Virus record (IMG/VR): IMGVR_UViG_3300031994_000100
Source of the DNA: an uncultured virus (IMG/VR IMGVR_UViG_3300031994_000100)
Taxonomy: Duplodnaviria; Heunggongvirae; Uroviricota; Caudoviricetes
Reading direction: 5' to 3' (one strand)
DNA: 20,000 nucleotides
Positions 16,509-20,000 of this stretch are shown here, piece by piece. Under the pieces are notes generated by a model. That model did no database searches. It had not been told where the DNA came from and saw nothing but the letters and a program-made list of their open reading frames with translations. The position numbers and the translations under genes are program-made. Numbering within the stretch: position 1 is the first letter of the stretch; the number at the start of each line of letters is the position of its first letter.

Positions 16509-17297
16509 TCAGGCATACTTGACAAGTTCAGCCCAGGTCAATTTTCCAACAATGCCGTCGGCTTTAAGTCCATGCGTAGTCTGAAAATGTTTCACTGCTT
16601 TCAATGTTTCGTTCCCAAAATCCGCGTCCGCGCCGTATTTCGGCAGGCTCTCTCCGGCCTTCAGCAACAGCTCCTGCATATACTGCACGGTATTTCCTTT
16701 GCTGCCCTTGCGTACCGTCTCGTAAACCGTGATCGGTTCTGCCGGTGTCGGATTGGCAGGGGATACCGGCTCGGTCTGCCCAGGAATGAAGTCATACTGA
16801 ACGCCCTTATAGAGCCCCCAATAAGTCCATTTCTTATTGCTCAGCGGGGTGTGAACCACGCCTGAGATCGTCCCCTTGGCCTCCGTCACGCAGGTCTCCG
16901 TGGTAAGCGTGCCGATGTGCGGATGATCGCTTTCCGTGCCAGTAAAGATGGCGGCGCCGATCGGAAGCTTCAGGCCCGGGGTAATCTTCCCCTTGTGGGA
17001 AAGATAGCCCTTGCTCCAGATGGAGTTGGATCCGTGCGGAATCCTGATGCCCAGCTTTTTCAGCATTTTGTAGGGGAGTCCGCTGCAGTCCGTCACGGTA
17101 CGGCCGATCCACTTGCTGCCGTACTTCGACGCCATATCGTAGTTGTGATATTTCACAGGATCGCTGGCATAATTTCGCTCAACCTCTTCCTGCTTTGCCT
17201 TTGTCCACTGGGTTCCGGATGTTCCCCAGATGTAGCCCCATTTTTCAGCATATGCCTGCTCAACGAGCTCGACCAGCTCTGCGGCTTTTGCCATCAA
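16509..17297 (-). CDS. Endolysin: NlpC/P60-type catalytic domain plus C-terminal PG_binding_1
   Basis: WGYIWG, DCSGL, HIG...EAKG; Pro/Thr linker; GSKG..V..MQ..L...FQ...GL.ADGIVG..TW. Confidence 0.88.
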   Translation of the reverse strand: MMAKAAELVELVEQAYAEKWGYIWGTSGTQWTKAKQEEVERNYASDPVKYHNYDMASKYGSKWIGRTVTDCSGLPYKMLKKLGIRIPHGSNSIWSKGYLSHKGKITPGLKLPIGAAIFTGTESDHPHIGTLTTETCVTEAKGTISGVVHTPLSNKKWTYWGLYKGVQYDFIPGQTEPVSPANPTPAEPITVYETVRKGSKGNTVQYMQELLLKAGESLPKYGADADFGNETLKAVKHFQTTHGLKADGIVGKLTWAELVKYA

Positions 17298-17728
17298 GCA
17301 CCACCTCCTGCAATGGTCCGATTGATGAATAGAGTTCCGTTGCGTATTGTCATGTCTCTTCCGGACTCAATCTTTTCAAGTGTTTCTTTGTGATAATCGG
17401 TAAAGTCATTGGACGACAGACCTTTTGCATGGTTGGCAAGAATTTCATCGATTTCCTCAGCCGTCAGCGTACGGGCCACGTTGATTAAATTGGTCCACAT
17501 GGGCTTCGATAAGCTGTCGACGTAAAGGAGTTGTCCGGGAAGACCGGCGTTACCAGGAGCAAACTGGTTCGCTGTCAGTCGTTCAACCTCTTGCTGTATC
17601 CTGGCACTGCTCCATGTGCGATCCGTCCGTAGCGACTCATCGTCAATAAATTTGATAGGATTCACCGGAGACGATGAGCCTTCCGATTGATCGTCGTTCA
17701 GAAAAATAGGCTCGTAAGGATCGCTCAT
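17294..17728 (-). CDS. Small fibre-motif protein
   Basis: IDD...TWSSARI and KGLSSNDFT motifs seen in phage fibre proteins; GAGGTGA RBS. Confidence 0.65.
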   Translation of the reverse strand: MSDPYEPIFLNDDQSEGSSSPVNPIKFIDDESLRTDRTWSSARIQQEVERLTANQFAPGNAGLPGQLLYVDSLSKPMWTNLINVARTLTAEEIDEILANHAKGLSSNDFTDYHKETLEKIESGRDMTIRNGTLFINRTIAGGGA

Positions 17729-17758
17729 GAGATCACCTCATTTTTCTTTCGATTTTGA

Positions 17759-18766
17759 TTATTTCTCGTTTTCCAGCTCTTCATGGTGTTTGACCCACAG
17801 CGGCAGCCAGTCCTTGTACGCCATCGGGAACTGATCGAAGGCGAGAGTTCCTATAAACTCATTACGCGTCGCGGTGAGCGTTTCTCTGAGGATGTCATCG
17901 CCGGCAGTATCGATGTAACAGCGATGCGTTTTGTAAAACTCCCAGACTTCCTCGTCGAATTCGCTTCGATCGTCGGGCAGGTCCGTTCTGCAAAGCGTAA
18001 AGTACGCATCCGTCATGGCGCGCACTGCAAACGGAGCGCTCTCCTCGCCGAATCCTCTTCGCTGCAGCTCATCCAGCATATACAGTTCTTTCCGGAACAC
18101 GCCAACGGCGTTATGGAACCGGTTCTCATATTTATGAGTAACGCTGTCCACATATGGAACAACCGTATACAGCGGGGAGCTTACTTCAATTTCTCCGATT
18201 TTGTATCGGCCATTGCTTCGGGATATAGTTTTCAGCACAAGCGCCATGAAGGCCATATCTTCTCCAACCCACAGATCCTCGCAGAAATGGAAATCGTTTT
18301 CGAGAAGGAAATCTCGCCGGAATACCTTTCCGACAAGACGAATCACATCGAATGTGTTGGCGAGAAAGCGCTTATGCTTTTCGATTCCGACTTCCATATA
18401 GAACGGAGCCCATAGGATCTGGTAGTCGTAATTGTCAAGTGCAGTAATGTACTCAGAAAGGGAGTGACGGTTGGCAAAGCTGTCGTCACAGTCGCAGAAC
18501 ATGATCCATTCGGCATCGCTGTAATACATTCCGGCGTTCCTGGCCGCGCTGACACCTTTGTGATGAATGTTGATCTCGACAAACTCGAAAGGGAAGGACG
18601 GGGACCGCTCCGAGAGCTCAGGCAGGGAGCAGTCCATTCCGTCATTCACGAGAATGACCCTGAAGTCGGAAAAGTCAATCATTCGCTGAAGCTCCAGCAT
18701 ATCGAAGAATGGCTTGACGACCTCGTAGGGCTCGTTGTAATGGGTGACGATGATATCAAGAATCAC
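17759..18766 (-). CDS. Family 2 glycosyltransferase (GT-A)
   Basis: IIVTHYNE, VILVNDG, GVSAARNAG, WIMFCDCDD, GED motifs. Confidence 0.92.
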   Translation of the reverse strand: MILDIIVTHYNEPYEVVKPFFDMLELQRMIDFSDFRVILVNDGMDCSLPELSERSPSFPFEFVEINIHHKGVSAARNAGMYYSDAEWIMFCDCDDSFANRHSLSEYITALDNYDYQILWAPFYMEVGIEKHKRFLANTFDVIRLVGKVFRRDFLLENDFHFCEDLWVGEDMAFMALVLKTISRSNGRYKIGEIEVSSPLYTVVPYVDSVTHKYENRFHNAVGVFRKELYMLDELQRRGFGEESAPFAVRAMTDAYFTLCRTDLPDDRSEFDEEVWEFYKTHRCYIDTAGDDILRETLTATRNEFIGTLAFDQFPMAYKDWLPLWVKHHEELENEK

Positions 18767-19154
18767 GGTCGATCAACCACCGAATCTTAAAAACCTCCGA
18801 AGTCGGAAGCTTGATAGCGTCCATGTCATCAAGGGTGAAGGGTTCGACATCAATGTCGACTTCGGTTTTGCGAATCTCGATGACCTTGTCAATGAACTCC
18901 TTGGTCTTTTCCTCGTTCACGCTTCCGTCAGCATTCTTCACAACCATCCTGGAATCGTTGTTCTGCGGATCCATGGCGGTCGCGCCATAATGATCAACGA
19001 TCTTTCGAACTTCCTTGTCGAGGAAATTGCTCTTCTTGGTAATCGCGTCAAGCATGTCACAAATTTTCAAGGACAGCCGTCCGTTAAAAATCTGTTCCCC
19101 AAGTTTGTCAATAACCCTGATGGATTCGGATGCTTCAAATAAAGTAGTTTTCAT
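18756..19154 (-). CDS. DUF1617-like phage protein downstream of the tail gene
   Basis: AGGAGG RBS; acidic helical protein with LSLKI...KIVDHYG...EF...EVDIDV pattern. Confidence 0.65.
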   Translation of the reverse strand: MKTTLFEASESIRVIDKLGEQIFNGRLSLKICDMLDAITKKSNFLDKEVRKIVDHYGATAMDPQNNDSRMVVKNADGSVNEEKTKEFIDKVIEIRKTEVDIDVEPFTLDDMDAIKLPTSEVFKIRWLIDRDS

Positions 19155-19188
19155 GTTTTTATTCCTCCTGATTGTTTCCGAAACGTTG

Positions 19189-19998
19189 TCAGTTTATAGT
19201 AATATGGTACTTTTTTCCTCCGACCGTGAAGTACAGGTATGAGTTTTTCAAATCTGCCGCCTTGCATGTCAAAATACGCGTACTATCATTTGTTTGATAA
19301 CTTGAACTATGTGCTGCTCCAGTCGGAGCCGGATTGGGTATCCATAGTCTGGCAATGAGTTTGCCTTTATCGTCGGTCAACCTTGCGTTCACGGCGATTT
19401 TACCGCTGGTCCATGTGCCTTTTGTCATGTGAATAACTTGTTTGGCAGATTTCAAAGAGGTGCCGCTGCTGTTCAGGGCTGTTGCGGTGATTTCCTTATC
19501 ATTTGCGTCAGTTGTCGGATTTCCCTGGTCTGTACAGTCAAATGTGATCTTGTCCACGGCAATGGCAGCTCCGCTGACAACTTTTTTCATGATGACTGTG
19601 CTATTATCCTTGTATGTGGAATCTGTCGCTCGCACGTAAATTGTTGTCTCATTGGAAGAATTAAAAGATGTGCCGCCTGTGAGTTTTATATACCTGGTTT
19701 TTTTCCTCGCGGTGCCATCTGTTTTATCGTTAATTGATATGATTATTCCTTGATTAAGTCCGGCTTTTGAAGCCGAGGTTCCCTCTTTATAACTCCAAGA
19801 GCCGAACGTAACGTAGTCGATACCGGCGTTGTATCTTGCTGTAGCATTGACAGTGACAGTATAGCCGGTACTTGTGCCATGTTGAGCGTCTGCAGCTGTT
19901 CCGTCCCAGATAACGACACTTGCGGTGTTGCCGCTCCACGACGCTGACGCAGCAGTAAGCTGCACACTCTTCGTGTCGGCAGTGCCGGCACTTTTAGT
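19189..19998 (-). CDS. Tail/fibre structural protein, C-terminal part (5'-partial)
   Basis: Frame open to the window edge; T/S/G/A-rich beta-type sequence. Confidence 0.7.
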   Translation of the reverse strand, partial: TKSAGTADTKSVQLTAASASWSGNTASVVIWDGTAADAQHGTSTGYTVTVNATARYNAGIDYVTFGSWSYKEGTSASKAGLNQGIIISINDKTDGTARKKTRYIKLTGGTSFNSSNETTIYVRATDSTYKDNSTVIMKKVVSGAAIAVDKITFDCTDQGNPTTDANDKEITATALNSSGTSLKSAKQVIHMTKGTWTSGKIAVNARLTDDKGKLIARLWIPNPAPTGAAHSSSYQTNDSTRILTCKAADLKNSYLYFTVGGKKYHITIN

Positions 19999-20000
19999 AA

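Overview
This window is a segment of a temperate tailed phage genome, most likely infecting a Bacillota/Clostridia-type host (AGGAGG RBSs, phiLC3-type holin, NlpC/P60 endolysin). Nearly all genes are on the minus strand. Reading from 20000 down: (1) end of a tail protein, a DUF1617-like protein, a GT2 glycosyltransferase and a small fibre-motif protein; (2) a lysis cassette; (3) a ~10.6 kb post-lysis block with a papain-like Cys-His-Asp protein, low-complexity and Cys-rich proteins, three mosaic fibre/adhesin-like proteins (SGNH, HAEG-repeat, collagen) and a stand-alone peptidoglycan-binding protein; (4) a tyrosine integrase and an attP carrying the 3' half of tRNA-Cys(GCA); (5) a SAM methyltransferase, two promoter/terminator-bounded membrane-protein genes and a run of small Zn-ribbon and hypothetical genes. 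The most striking unexplained structure surrounds attP. A perfect 17-bp inverted repeat links the int 5' leader to the far side of attP, and a convergent ORF with its own promoter and RBS runs through attP and meets a terminator before its stop codon. Also found: a three-copy TCGCG-N16-TAAYG promoter-like motif and a 65-bp direct repeat giving two fibre genes identical C-termini. All family calls are by-eye motif recognition; no searches were run.
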